A program made the position numbers and the translations under genes. Positions 1-8,799 of a stretch of 64,000 nucleotides of DNA are shown here, piece by piece. The stretch lies in assembly GCA_016186825.1 (NCBI GenBank), contig JACPKW010000004.1, positions 130,237 through 194,236 of the forward strand, read 5' to 3'. The number at the start of each line of letters is the position of its first letter. The first letter of the stretch is position 1. The notes beneath the pieces are model-generated. The model was not told where the DNA came from and did no database searches. It saw only the letters and a program-made list of their open reading frames with translations. The DNA is from Candidatus Giovannonibacteria bacterium (lineage in GTDB: Bacteria; Patescibacteriota; Minisyncoccia; JACPKW01; UBA11713).

Positions 1-627
1 GTAAATGATGTATATACTATATTTCAAAATTTTGATGGAACTTGGTTTGTTGTCTCGCGTATAGAATCAATACCCTATGATCTGTTTCTAACTACTTTAA
101 AATTTACCGATATCTCAACCTGGAAAACCTATCGCAACGAAAAGTACGGGTTTGAGGTGAAATACCCAGAGAATTATTGGGCGAGTGTTTTGATTGAGCC
201 CGTATTTTCTTGCAAATATGATTTATTTATAGGCGAAAGTTGTAAATATTTGCTGATGACAGACAGTAAAGTCGACAACTTTGGTAGAGGGCAAATGGGG
301 TTTGGTATTGAGCATAGCAATTTAAACGAGAGTCAGATAATAGTAAAAGTTAATAAAAATAAGCTACCAACTTATGACGTCAGTTTTTCAAAAAAAGTAA
401 TTGGCGGAAAAAATGTGTCGTTTTTTAGGATTAACGATTTAGACTCGGGAACTTTTTGCCAAGACGATTCTTATATTATTCCTGTTCTAGAAGGGAGTAT
501 CGTTTTAGGATTCGGTCAATGTTCAGCTACAGGTGATGGTACGGCAGAGAAGCCGTTTATAGGTTTTATTCCTGAAGCTAAACAATTGAGTAATCAAATC
601 CTTTCCACTTTCAAATTTATCAAATAA
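1..627 (+). CDS. 5'-truncated PsbP-like / 'WKTYxNxxYGF' family exported hypothetical protein
   Basis: Frame 1 is open from base 1 (VNDVYTIFQ...STWKTYRNEKYGFEVKYP...) and ends QILSTFKFIK. The same motifs occur in 48935..49633. The ORF-track start at 157 is internal. Confidence 0.75.
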   Translation, partial: VNDVYTIFQNFDGTWFVVSRIESIPYDLFLTTLKFTDISTWKTYRNEKYGFEVKYPENYWASVLIEPVFSCKYDLFIGESCKYLLMTDSKVDNFGRGQMGFGIEHSNLNESQIIVKVNKNKLPTYDVSFSKKVIGGKNVSFFRINDLDSGTFCQDDSYIIPVLEGSIVLGFGQCSATGDGTAEKPFIGFIPEAKQLSNQILSTFKFIK

Positions 628-664
628 ATTTTACATTTTGATTTCTGAATTTTAAAGTATAGAT

Positions 665-1666
665 ATGTCTATAAATCCAAAAGCGAAATTAGTTGAACAT
701 ATTCTGGATCTTCGGGCGATCGAGCAAGTGCCTACGAGAAAGGGATATGGGGAAGGGTTATTAGAAGCTGGGGAGAAAGACCCGCGCGTTGTTGCGTTGT
801 GCGCCGATCTTACGGAATCCACGCAGACGCACTTATTCGCAAAGAAATTTCCGGAGCGCTTCATCGAAATGGGAGTAGCGGAGCAGAATATGGCGACAGT
901 GGCGGCGGGACTCGCGAGCTACGGCAAAATTCCTTTTATCACAAGCTATGCCATGTTTTCGCCTGGAAGAAACTGGGAGCAAATCAGAACTACCATTTGC
1001 TATAACAATGTTCCTGTGAAAGTCATCGGATCGCATGCCGGAATTTCAGTCGGCCCGGACGGCGCTACGCACCAGGCGATTGAGGATATGGCTATTACGA
1101 GGGTAATTCCTAATATGACTGTTATTAATCCTTGCGACGTGCACGAAGCAAGAAAAGCAACGCTCGCAGCGCTTGAAGTCGGGCCGGTTTATATCCGCCT
1201 GCATCGTGAGAAGACGCCGGTGATGACTACTCCGGAAAGTCCCTTCGAAATCGGCAAAGCTGTTACCGTTTGGGATTCTGATTCAAACAGAGTTGACGCA
1301 TCGATTGTTGCCTGCGGTCCCTTGGTATATAACGCAATTCTTGCCGCCTCCGAACTTGAAAAAGAAGGATACAAAATTCGAGTGTTAAACAGCCATACGG
1401 TTAAACCGCTTGATGAGGAAGATGTTTTAAAAGCTGCGAAAGATTCTGGCGCGATTGTGACGGTTGAAGAGCATCAAATTACGGGGGGGCTCGGATCTGC
1501 AGTTGCCGAATATTTAGCAAAAAATTATCCAGTTCCTATGGAGTTTGTCGGAGTTGAAAACCGTTTTGGGGAATCTGGCGCACCCAATGAACTTTTAAAA
1601 GCGTTCGGGATGGAGAGCGCTGATATTAAAAAAGCAATATTAAAAGTTATTTCCAGAAAAAAGTAA
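665..1666 (+). CDS. Transketolase C-terminal (pyrimidine-binding) subunit
   Basis: Motifs ADL..ST, FPERFIEMGVAEQNM, GPDGATHQAIED, VTVEEHQITGGLGSAVAE. Confidence 0.93.
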   Translation: MSINPKAKLVEHILDLRAIEQVPTRKGYGEGLLEAGEKDPRVVALCADLTESTQTHLFAKKFPERFIEMGVAEQNMATVAAGLASYGKIPFITSYAMFSPGRNWEQIRTTICYNNVPVKVIGSHAGISVGPDGATHQAIEDMAITRVIPNMTVINPCDVHEARKATLAALEVGPVYIRLHREKTPVMTTPESPFEIGKAVTVWDSDSNRVDASIVACGPLVYNAILAASELEKEGYKIRVLNSHTVKPLDEEDVLKAAKDSGAIVTVEEHQITGGLGSAVAEYLAKNYPVPMEFVGVENRFGESGAPNELLKAFGMESADIKKAILKVISRKK

Positions 1667-1668
1667 TT

Positions 1669-2658
1669 ATGGAAAAATACGATTTCATTTCGATCGGCGA
1701 TACGGTAACTGATGCTTTCATTAAATTGAAAGACACTTCCGCTCATCTCGATATAGATAAAGGGACGAGAGAATTATGCATGGGCTTTGCGGATAAAATT
1801 CCCTATGAAGATGTTTTTGTTGTGCCCGCTGTTGGGAATAGCGCGAATGCTGCCGTTGCTGCTGCGCGCCTCGGCCTCAAAAGCGCGCTTGTTTCAAATG
1901 TGGGCGGTGATTATTTTGGCGATGAATGTTTAGAGGCGCTTAGGAAAGAAAATGTCGGCACGAATTTTGTTATTAAGAACACCGGACGCAAAACCAACTA
2001 TCACTACGTTTTGTGGTACGACGATGACCGCACGATTTTGATTAAACACGAAGAATACGATTATATTTTTCCGGATATTGACGATCCCGCTTGGATTTAC
2101 CTCTCATCCGCCGCGGAAAATTCGCTTCCGTTCCATGATGTGCTTCTTGGATATCTTGAAGCGCGCCCGAATATCAAGCTAGCGTTTCAGCCCGGCACTT
2201 TTCAGATGAAATTCGGGAAAGAACGTTTAGCCGGATTATATAGGCGCTCGGATGTATTTATCTCCAACAAGGAGGAGTCAGAGCGAATTCTTAAAACCGA
2301 AGAAAATGATATAAAAAAATTGCTGGAAATGATCCGCGCGCTTGGGCCTAAAATCGCGGTAATTACCGACGGTGTTAAGGGCGCTTACGCTTCAGACGGC
2401 GAGAAAGCTTTGTTCATGCCGCCATATCCTGATCCGAAACCGCCGCTCGAGCGCACTGGCGCAGGAGATGCCTTCTCTTCGACATTTGTTGCAGTAATCG
2501 CGCTTGGCAAATCGGTTGAGGACGCATTAATGCGCGCCCCCGTTAACTCAATGTCTGTTGTTCAGTATGTCGGCGCTCGCGAGGGTTTATTGAACATGAA
2601 TCAAATTGAGGAGTTTTTGAAAAATGCTCCACATGACTACAAGCCTACTTCGATATAG
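1669..2658 (+). CDS. PfkB/ribokinase-family carbohydrate kinase
   Basis: GNSANAAVAAARLG N-terminal signature and ERTGAGDAF anion-hole motif. Confidence 0.92.
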   Translation: MEKYDFISIGDTVTDAFIKLKDTSAHLDIDKGTRELCMGFADKIPYEDVFVVPAVGNSANAAVAAARLGLKSALVSNVGGDYFGDECLEALRKENVGTNFVIKNTGRKTNYHYVLWYDDDRTILIKHEEYDYIFPDIDDPAWIYLSSAAENSLPFHDVLLGYLEARPNIKLAFQPGTFQMKFGKERLAGLYRRSDVFISNKEESERILKTEENDIKKLLEMIRALGPKIAVITDGVKGAYASDGEKALFMPPYPDPKPPLERTGAGDAFSSTFVAVIALGKSVEDALMRAPVNSMSVVQYVGAREGLLNMNQIEEFLKNAPHDYKPTSI

Positions 2659-2667
2659 AATTAAACC

Positions 2668-2883
2668 ATGGGGTACGGAGGTGTTGAATTTGAACCGGGC
2701 GGCGGCCCTGAAATAAAAAGAGGATCTATGCAGGCAGGCGATGGAAGCGGAAGTTCAAAAATGGCTTCTTGGCTGGTTAAGCGCGGAGTGGTCAAAACAG
2801 GGAAACAGGCGACGGTTTTTTTGGTTAGCATTGCTATTATATTTTTTATTATTTCTTTATTTTTCTGGATTGGCGCATTCTAA
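2668..2883 (+). CDS. Small protein with C-terminal membrane anchor
   Basis: 71-aa ORF tightly packed in the operon, with a hydrophobic C-terminal helix. Confidence 0.6.
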   Translation: MGYGGVEFEPGGGPEIKRGSMQAGDGSGSSKMASWLVKRGVVKTGKQATVFLVSIAIIFFIISLFFWIGAF

Positions 2884-3406
2884 TTTTTTAAAAATCAGTA
2901 AACGAGGCTTCACTTTGATAGAACTTATGGTGGTAATTGCCATCATAAGCCTGCTTTCAAGTCTGGTTATTGCACAATTGCAGGACGCAAGAAAAAAGGC
3001 GCGGGCGGTCAGAAGAATTGAAGATTTAAAAACCATGCGGGATGCAATCGAGCTTTATGCGCAGTCTGGATCGTACCCGGTTAACGCAGACGGTAGCGCA
3101 TTTTGGTGGGATTGTTATCCTAATAACACTCATTACAACGATTTTATTCCCGGAATGAGTGCTTATTTACCAACTCTTCCTCACGATCCTTCGCAAGGTC
3201 AAAATTGTCAAAATGGAGGTAATGCTAAATTTAATTATTCTTATCGTTCCAATGGAATAGAATACAAAATCGAGGTTCAGGTTCCCAACGGAACAATGGA
3301 ATACTGTGACTTTGGAAAAAATCTAGGTTTTGAAGATCCAGTCCGTCCTTGCACGAGCGGTGATCCTGCCTGGGCAGTTTATTCTCCCGGCGCGAGCGGG
3401 TGGTAA
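2870..3406 (+). CDS. Type IV pilin / GspG-like prepilin
   Basis: KRGFTLIELMVVIAII N-methylation motif. The in-frame TTG at 2870 is a more plausible start than ATG 2741. Variable C-terminus contains Cys. Confidence 0.85.
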   Translation: MAHSNFLKISKRGFTLIELMVVIAIISLLSSLVIAQLQDARKKARAVRRIEDLKTMRDAIELYAQSGSYPVNADGSAFWWDCYPNNTHYNDFIPGMSAYLPTLPHDPSQGQNCQNGGNAKFNYSYRSNGIEYKIEVQVPNGTMEYCDFGKNLGFEDPVRPCTSGDPAWAVYSPGASGW

Positions 3407-3408
3407 AT

Positions 3409-4284
3409 ATGAGCAGTTTGGAAAAAATTTTGCATATAGCGTTCAAAGAAAAATGGTCAACAGGCCATTTTAATTTTTCGGAATCCGACCAGCTCCGCGC
3501 AATTTGCGAAGCTGCGGCTGAATTAAAATCTCCGGTGCTTGTGGGAACATCCGAAGGCGAAGCAAAGCACATGGGCTATTTAGAAGCGCGAGCATTGGTA
3601 GATGCTTTCAAACAAGAGCTCGGCGTTCCTATTTTTTTAAACTCCGACCATCATAAAAGCGTCGCGGCTGCTAAACGCGCGATCGACGCAGGGTATGACT
3701 CGATTCACATCGATCTTTCTGCTTCGCCATTCGAAGAAAATGTTCGCGGCACAAAAGAAATAGTTGAATATGCAAATTCAAAATTTTCAATTTTCAATTT
3801 ACAATTTTCAATCGAGGGAGAATTAGGCTATTTAAGGGGGGACTCAAAAATCGAGAAGGAAAAAATTGAAGTTAAAAAAGAAGATTACACAAATCCCGAT
3901 GAAGCCGGGCGATTTGTGCAAAAAACCGGTATTAACCGGCTTGCGATTTCTGTGGGCAACATTCATGGTATTTCTTTGGATGAGCCTGATTTGGATATTG
4001 AATTAATTAAAAAAATTCGCACGGCTTTGCCGGAAAATGTTGCGCTGGTTTTGCACGCGGGATCGGGCATTCCAGATGAAATGATTAAAAAAGCGATCGA
4101 AGCTGGAATTTCGAATATTCATATTAATACCGATATCCGACTGGCATATGCTTCAGCTCTGCGCGCTCAACTCGAGCAAAGCGAAGAGACAACTCCTTAC
4201 AAATTTGATGCGTCTGCGCGCGAGGCTTTAAAAAAAGTTGTGAAGGAAAAATTAGAATTATTCGGATCAGTCAATAGAATATAA
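3409..4284 (+). CDS. fba: Class II fructose/tagatose-bisphosphate aldolase
   Basis: Motifs NSDHH, GYDSIHID, EGELG, AISVGNIHG, LVLHAGSG. Start is 3400 or 3409. Confidence 0.9.
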   Translation: MSSLEKILHIAFKEKWSTGHFNFSESDQLRAICEAAAELKSPVLVGTSEGEAKHMGYLEARALVDAFKQELGVPIFLNSDHHKSVAAAKRAIDAGYDSIHIDLSASPFEENVRGTKEIVEYANSKFSIFNLQFSIEGELGYLRGDSKIEKEKIEVKKEDYTNPDEAGRFVQKTGINRLAISVGNIHGISLDEPDLDIELIKKIRTALPENVALVLHAGSGIPDEMIKKAIEAGISNIHINTDIRLAYASALRAQLEQSEETTPYKFDASAREALKKVVKEKLELFGSVNRI

Positions 4285-4286
4285 AT

Positions 4287-5258
4287 ATGCCTAAAGTTTT
4301 TGTAACGCGAATAATACCGGATGCGGGCATTAATAAATTAACCAGGGCGGGATACGAAGTTCATCTTAACCCCGAAGACAGAGTGCTCCAAAAAGACGAG
4401 CTGATCGGTCTTCTCGAAAAAGAAAGATACGATGCGGTGCTCGCGCTCTTAACTGATAAACTTGATAAAGATATTTTTAAAGCCGCTGGTCCGCAGTGCA
4501 AAATTTTTTCAAATATGGCGGTAGGTTTTGATAATGTGGATTTAGACGCAGCGAAAGAAATGCAAATAATGGTTTCAAATACGCCGGGCGTTCTCACGGA
4601 TACGGTTGCGGAACATACTTTTGCGCTCTTGCTCGCAATCGCGCATAGAATTTCTGAAGCAGATAATTTTACACGCGCCGGCAAATATCATGGCTGGGAG
4701 CCGATGATGCTTTTAGGCTCTGACGTTTCTAAAAAGACTCTCGGCATAATCGGGCTTGGACGCATTGGCTCGCGCGTGGCGTATCACGCCCGAAAAGGAT
4801 TCGATATGAACGTAATTTATTATGATGTTAAAAGAAGCGAGGATTTTGAAAGAGAATTCGGCGCAACTTTTTCTTCAGATGTAGAAGGTGTTTTAAAAGC
4901 CGCCGATTTTGTATCAATTCATGTCCCGCTTATGGAGCAAACGAGACATTTGATAAATGCCGAACGTCTGAAACTTATGAAAAAAAGCGCTTACCTTATT
5001 AATACCTCAAGAGGGCCGATCATAGATGAGAAGGCCTTGGCAGGGGCGCTTAAATCTGGCATTATACGGGGCGCCGCTCTCGATGTTTTCGAGGCGGAAC
5101 CAAAAGTTGAACCAGAGCTTCTTAAATTAAACAATGTGATTTTAACGCCGCATATCGCATCTGCTACCGAGGAAACTCGCGATAAAATGGCGGAGCTTGC
5201 GGCGTTTAATATAATAGAGGCTCTCGAGGGCAGAACGCCTCCGAATCTCGTCAAATAA
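4287..5258 (+). CDS. D-glycerate dehydrogenase / glyoxylate reductase (D-2-hydroxyacid dehydrogenase)
   Basis: Motifs AVGFDNVD, GIIGLGRIG, INTSRG, ALDVFEAEP, TPHIASAT. Confidence 0.92.
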   Translation: MPKVFVTRIIPDAGINKLTRAGYEVHLNPEDRVLQKDELIGLLEKERYDAVLALLTDKLDKDIFKAAGPQCKIFSNMAVGFDNVDLDAAKEMQIMVSNTPGVLTDTVAEHTFALLLAIAHRISEADNFTRAGKYHGWEPMMLLGSDVSKKTLGIIGLGRIGSRVAYHARKGFDMNVIYYDVKRSEDFEREFGATFSSDVEGVLKAADFVSIHVPLMEQTRHLINAERLKLMKKSAYLINTSRGPIIDEKALAGALKSGIIRGAALDVFEAEPKVEPELLKLNNVILTPHIASATEETRDKMAELAAFNIIEALEGRTPPNLVK

Positions 5259-5263
5259 TAACA

Positions 5264-6271
5264 ATGCTCAAAAATAATAAAGGATTATTTTTCTCTCTTA
5301 TTTTTTCTATTGTTTTAATTTTTTTCCTTTGGGGAATAAACATTTTTTTGAATGGATTTTTTGAAAAAGCTTACGTAAATATCGACGGCAACAACAGGGC
5401 AGAAAATCAGGGGGCGCTCGTCTATACAGAAGATTCGGAAATCACACTGGGGTTCGTTGGAGATATCATGCTTGATCGCGGTGTTCTCTACAAACTAAAT
5501 AAATACGGCGGAGGAGATTTCTATTTTCCTTTTTTGAGAATTTACGAAGAGCTGCGCAAATATGATATTCTTTTCGGGAATCTTGAAGGCCCGATTTCTG
5601 ACAAAGGCATAAATCAAGGGTCTATGTATTCTTTTCGAATGGATCCGCGAGCGGCGGATGCTTTGAAATTCGCGGGTTTTGACATTGTTTCGGTAGCAAA
5701 TAATCACGCAAATGATTGGGGACACGAAGCGTATCTCGATACTTTCGCACGGCTGGATTCAGCGGGAATTAATTATGTTGGAGGAGGCGTAAATTTCGAA
5801 GAAGTGTGGAAAATAAAAATAATTGAAAAAAATAATTTGAAAGTTGCTTTTGTAGCCGCGAGCCAGTTTGGGAATCCAAAAAATCTAATGGCCGTGATCG
5901 ATGGAGAAAAAATTAAAGAGGCTTTGAAAGAGGCAAAGGAAAATGCAGATATAGCCGTGATCTCGCTTCATTTCGGGGATGAATACAAGGAGGAGCCGAA
6001 TGATTACCAGCGAAAGATTGCGGAAATGTCTGTGGAAAATGGCGCTGATCTTGTGATCGGGCATCACCCGCATGTAATAGAGAATTTGGAAAAATACAGA
6101 AATTCGTATATTGCATACAGCCTCGGGAATTTTATTTTCGATCAGTATTTCTCTCTAGAAACAATGCAAGGAGGCGTGCTTGATGTCAAAATCAAGAATA
6201 AAAAGATTGAGGGCGCAACTTTGAGGACGGTAAAGCTGAATTCAATGTATCAGCCTGCTTTTGTGGATTAA
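5264..6271 (+). CDS. CapA/PgsA-family metallophosphoesterase-like membrane-anchored protein
   Basis: Motifs VGDIMLDR, GNLEGP, VANNHANDWG, LHFGDEY, GHHPHV, YSLGNFIFDQ; N-terminal TM helix. Confidence 0.9.
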   Translation: MLKNNKGLFFSLIFSIVLIFFLWGINIFLNGFFEKAYVNIDGNNRAENQGALVYTEDSEITLGFVGDIMLDRGVLYKLNKYGGGDFYFPFLRIYEELRKYDILFGNLEGPISDKGINQGSMYSFRMDPRAADALKFAGFDIVSVANNHANDWGHEAYLDTFARLDSAGINYVGGGVNFEEVWKIKIIEKNNLKVAFVAASQFGNPKNLMAVIDGEKIKEALKEAKENADIAVISLHFGDEYKEEPNDYQRKIAEMSVENGADLVIGHHPHVIENLEKYRNSYIAYSLGNFIFDQYFSLETMQGGVLDVKIKNKKIEGATLRTVKLNSMYQPAFVD

Positions 6272-6309
6272 ACTTGCTTTTAAAAATTTTCTATGCTTAA
6301 CTTTTATTT

Positions 6310-6978
6310 ATGATTTCTCTTAGAGCGGACAAACGCGGAATTACAGGAAAAAAAGTGAAAAATATCCGTGAAAGCGGCAGAATCCCTGCGGTGCTTTATG
6401 GCGCGGGTGAAAATAGCTTGCTTTTGGAAGTAAACCGCAAGGATTTGGAGAAAGCTTTCCGCGAAGCAGGGGAATCAAGTTTGGTTGAACTTGAAGTGGG
6501 GGATGCCAAAAAGAACGTTTTGATACACGATGTTGCATATGGCGCAATTAAAGGGGAACTTTTACATGTCGATTTCTTGCAGGTAAGGATGGATAAGCCG
6601 ATTAGCGCGGATGTCTTATTGGAGTTTGAAGGCGAATCTCCGGCTGTTAAGAATTTGGGGGGCGTACTCGTCAAAGTAGTTAGAGTGATAGAGGTAGAAG
6701 CTCTGCCGCAAAATTTGCCGCACAGCATTAACGTTGATTTATCTGGGCTCGAAAATATAGAAGATAAGTTTCTTGTCAAAGACTTAAAACTGCCCGAAGG
6801 CGTAACTGTTCATACAGAACCGGAAGACGTTTTGGCGCTTATTGAAGCGCCTCGTGAGGAAGAAGAAATTAAAACCGAAGAAACGGAGCCATCGCTCGAG
6901 TCAATTGAAGTAGTTGGCAAGAAGAAGGAGAAAACTGTAGAAGGCGAAGAGGAAGAAGCAGCAGAAGCGGAAAAATAG
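6310..6978 (+). CDS. rplY: 50S ribosomal protein L25 (Ctc form)
   Basis: IPAVLYG, LHVDF, C-terminal beta domain and acidic tail. Confidence 0.95.
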   Translation: MISLRADKRGITGKKVKNIRESGRIPAVLYGAGENSLLLEVNRKDLEKAFREAGESSLVELEVGDAKKNVLIHDVAYGAIKGELLHVDFLQVRMDKPISADVLLEFEGESPAVKNLGGVLVKVVRVIEVEALPQNLPHSINVDLSGLENIEDKFLVKDLKLPEGVTVHTEPEDVLALIEAPREEEEIKTEETEPSLESIEVVGKKKEKTVEGEEEEAAEAEK

Positions 6979-7018
6979 CGAAAAAACAAAATTTCATCGA
7001 ATTTGCTATAATAAAGCA

Positions 7019-8386
7019 ATGGCGTTAAAAAAACGAACCAAATATTTTCTCGGGGCTTTAATGCTTATTTTTTTTGTGTCCCTAGCAGAGATGACTCCCG
7101 TTTCTAATTTTTTTAATACTTTATCTGCCTTGGCGCAGTCTAGTGTAAATCCAGTTTCAGTTAATCAGAGGCGCGCCCAGTTGGAAGCGGAACTTGCGCA
7201 AATTGAAAAGGAAATTGCGAATTACCAGGATTCCATTAAAACAAAACAAGCCGAAGCAAGAACTTTGGAGAGGGATATTTCGATTCTTGAAGCCCAGATC
7301 GCGAAATCAAAACTTGAAATAAAAGCGCGTAATATTACAATTGGAAATCTGCAAGGCTCGATTGAAGATAAATCCAAAGTTATCGGCGAACTCACGGACA
7401 AGATTGAAAAAGAAAAAGAAACGTTGGCGGAACTTTTGAGGCGGCTTCAGGAGCTCGATCAGGTTTCTATGCTCGAAACAGTTCTCGTGTATCGCAATCT
7501 TTCTGATTTTTTTGTTCAGGCGGATTCTTTGAACACGCTTCAATCTTCAATTCAGAATTCTGTGCGGAAAATAAAAATTGATAAAGCCGAAACAGAAGAC
7601 GTGAAAAAAGATCTTGAAGAAAGAAGGGCAGAGGAGCTCGAGTTGAAAGATATCCAGGTTATGGAACAAAAACGGATTCAACAGAGAGAAAGTGAAAGAA
7701 AAACAATTCTTGCCGAAACCAGACGAAGCGAAAAAGAATACCAGAAAGTTTTAACGAACAAAGCTAAAGATGCAGCCTCGATTCGTTCGCAGCTTTTCAT
7801 GCTTAACGGAAGTCCTGCGATTCCTTTTGCAAAAGCGCTCGAGTACGCGCTGACCGCTGAAAAAAGTACGGGAGTCCGTCCTGCGTTTCTTTTGGGAATA
7901 ATTACTGAAGAATCAAATCTTGGAGCAAATGTCGGCACAGGAAATTGGAAAGAAGATCTCTCGCATGCGCGCTGCGCAAAACAAAGGACAGCTTTTCAGG
8001 ATATTACTTCGCGTCTGGGTTTGAATCCCGATTTTGTTCCCGTTTCGAAAAGGGCCTGGTACGGATACTGCGGCGGTGCAATGGGACCGGCGCAATTTAT
8101 TCCCACTACGTGGCTTTTATATGAAGATCGGATTGCCGCAGCAACCGGGCACAATCCGCCGAATCCCTGGGATCCGCGTGATGCGTTTGTCGCATCAGCT
8201 TTGCTCCTTAGTGATAACGGAGCCGCTTCGAGGACCTATAAGGCTGAACATACGGCGGCGCTCAAATACTTAGCTGGATCAAACTGGTCTAAACCGGCTT
8301 ATCGTTTTTATGGTGATGAAGTAATGGCTTTTGCTTCTAAGTATCAGGACCAAATAGATCTACTCTCGAGATACGCGTCTCGCTAA
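7019..8386 (+). CDS. Coiled-coil (CwlO/PcsB-like) protein with lytic transglycosylase domain
   Basis: Signal peptide, long coiled coil, then EESNLG (catalytic Glu), GAMGPAQFIPTTW and NPWDPRDA, typical of SLT_2. Confidence 0.88.
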   Translation: MALKKRTKYFLGALMLIFFVSLAEMTPVSNFFNTLSALAQSSVNPVSVNQRRAQLEAELAQIEKEIANYQDSIKTKQAEARTLERDISILEAQIAKSKLEIKARNITIGNLQGSIEDKSKVIGELTDKIEKEKETLAELLRRLQELDQVSMLETVLVYRNLSDFFVQADSLNTLQSSIQNSVRKIKIDKAETEDVKKDLEERRAEELELKDIQVMEQKRIQQRESERKTILAETRRSEKEYQKVLTNKAKDAASIRSQLFMLNGSPAIPFAKALEYALTAEKSTGVRPAFLLGIITEESNLGANVGTGNWKEDLSHARCAKQRTAFQDITSRLGLNPDFVPVSKRAWYGYCGGAMGPAQFIPTTWLLYEDRIAAATGHNPPNPWDPRDAFVASALLLSDNGAASRTYKAEHTAALKYLAGSNWSKPAYRFYGDEVMAFASKYQDQIDLLSRYASR

Positions 8387-8465
8387 GGAAGATAAAAATA
8401 CTTACAATCTGATAAACCTTAATACTCCCTTATAAAAAAATCTCAACTTTTTTGTTTTTATGAAT

Positions 8466-8512
8466 TAAAAAAGCCCGAGAAGCAGTTAATATTTAGCTTT
8501 CGGGCTGTTTTT
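8466..8512. terminator. Probable bidirectional intrinsic terminator
   Basis: AAAAAA-GCCCGAGAAGC...GCTTTCGGGC-TGTTTTT hairpin with an A-tract and a T-tract on either side. Confidence 0.6.
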
Positions 8513-8585
8513 CCCTCCTATTACGATTCCTCCTTTATTGGGAGAAAAGAACAATAATTTGGAAAGAACTACAGCCGTAATATCA
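8466..8585 (-). ncRNA. Candidate ~120-nt small RNA of unknown family
   Basis: Minus-strand TTGCTA-17-CATAAT promoter (8619..8591), a long hairpin 8503..8576 that pairs better on the minus strand (G-U), a terminator, and no ATG-started ORF. Confidence 0.4.
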
Positions 8586-8626
8586 ATATAATTATGATTT
8601 AAAATCTGCTTTTTAGCAATAAAAAT

Positions 8627-8635
8627 TTATCCACA
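8627..8635 (+). promoter_or_regulatory. Single consensus DnaA box
   Basis: TTATCCACA exact match; isolated, so not an oriC. Confidence 0.4.
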
Positions 8636-8742
8636 CTGGCAAGCTCAAATATAATGTAGAATTTAAATAGCTGGTGGGGTTAGTTCTAAAGTGGGAGAAA
8701 AGACAAAAACCGCACCAAAAATCTAAAGCTAGTTTTTATGAG

Positions 8743-8770
8743 TAGGCTTTCGAGGCCTATTTTTGTTTTG
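8743..8770 (+). terminator. Terminator-like hairpin in the leader of the surface-protein cluster
   Basis: TAGGCTT-TCG-AGGCCTA followed by TTTTTGTTTT, about 30 nt upstream of ATG 8800. Confidence 0.5.
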
Positions 8771-8799
8771 TATCAAATTTTATTGGTTTAATCATTTTT

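Noticed and set aside
2741-2869. Long N-terminal extension of the pilin
   Set aside because: It overlaps the 71-aa gene, and prepilin leaders are short; TTG 2870 is preferred.
8627-8635. Replication origin
   Set aside because: Only one DnaA box, with no dnaA or dnaN nearby.
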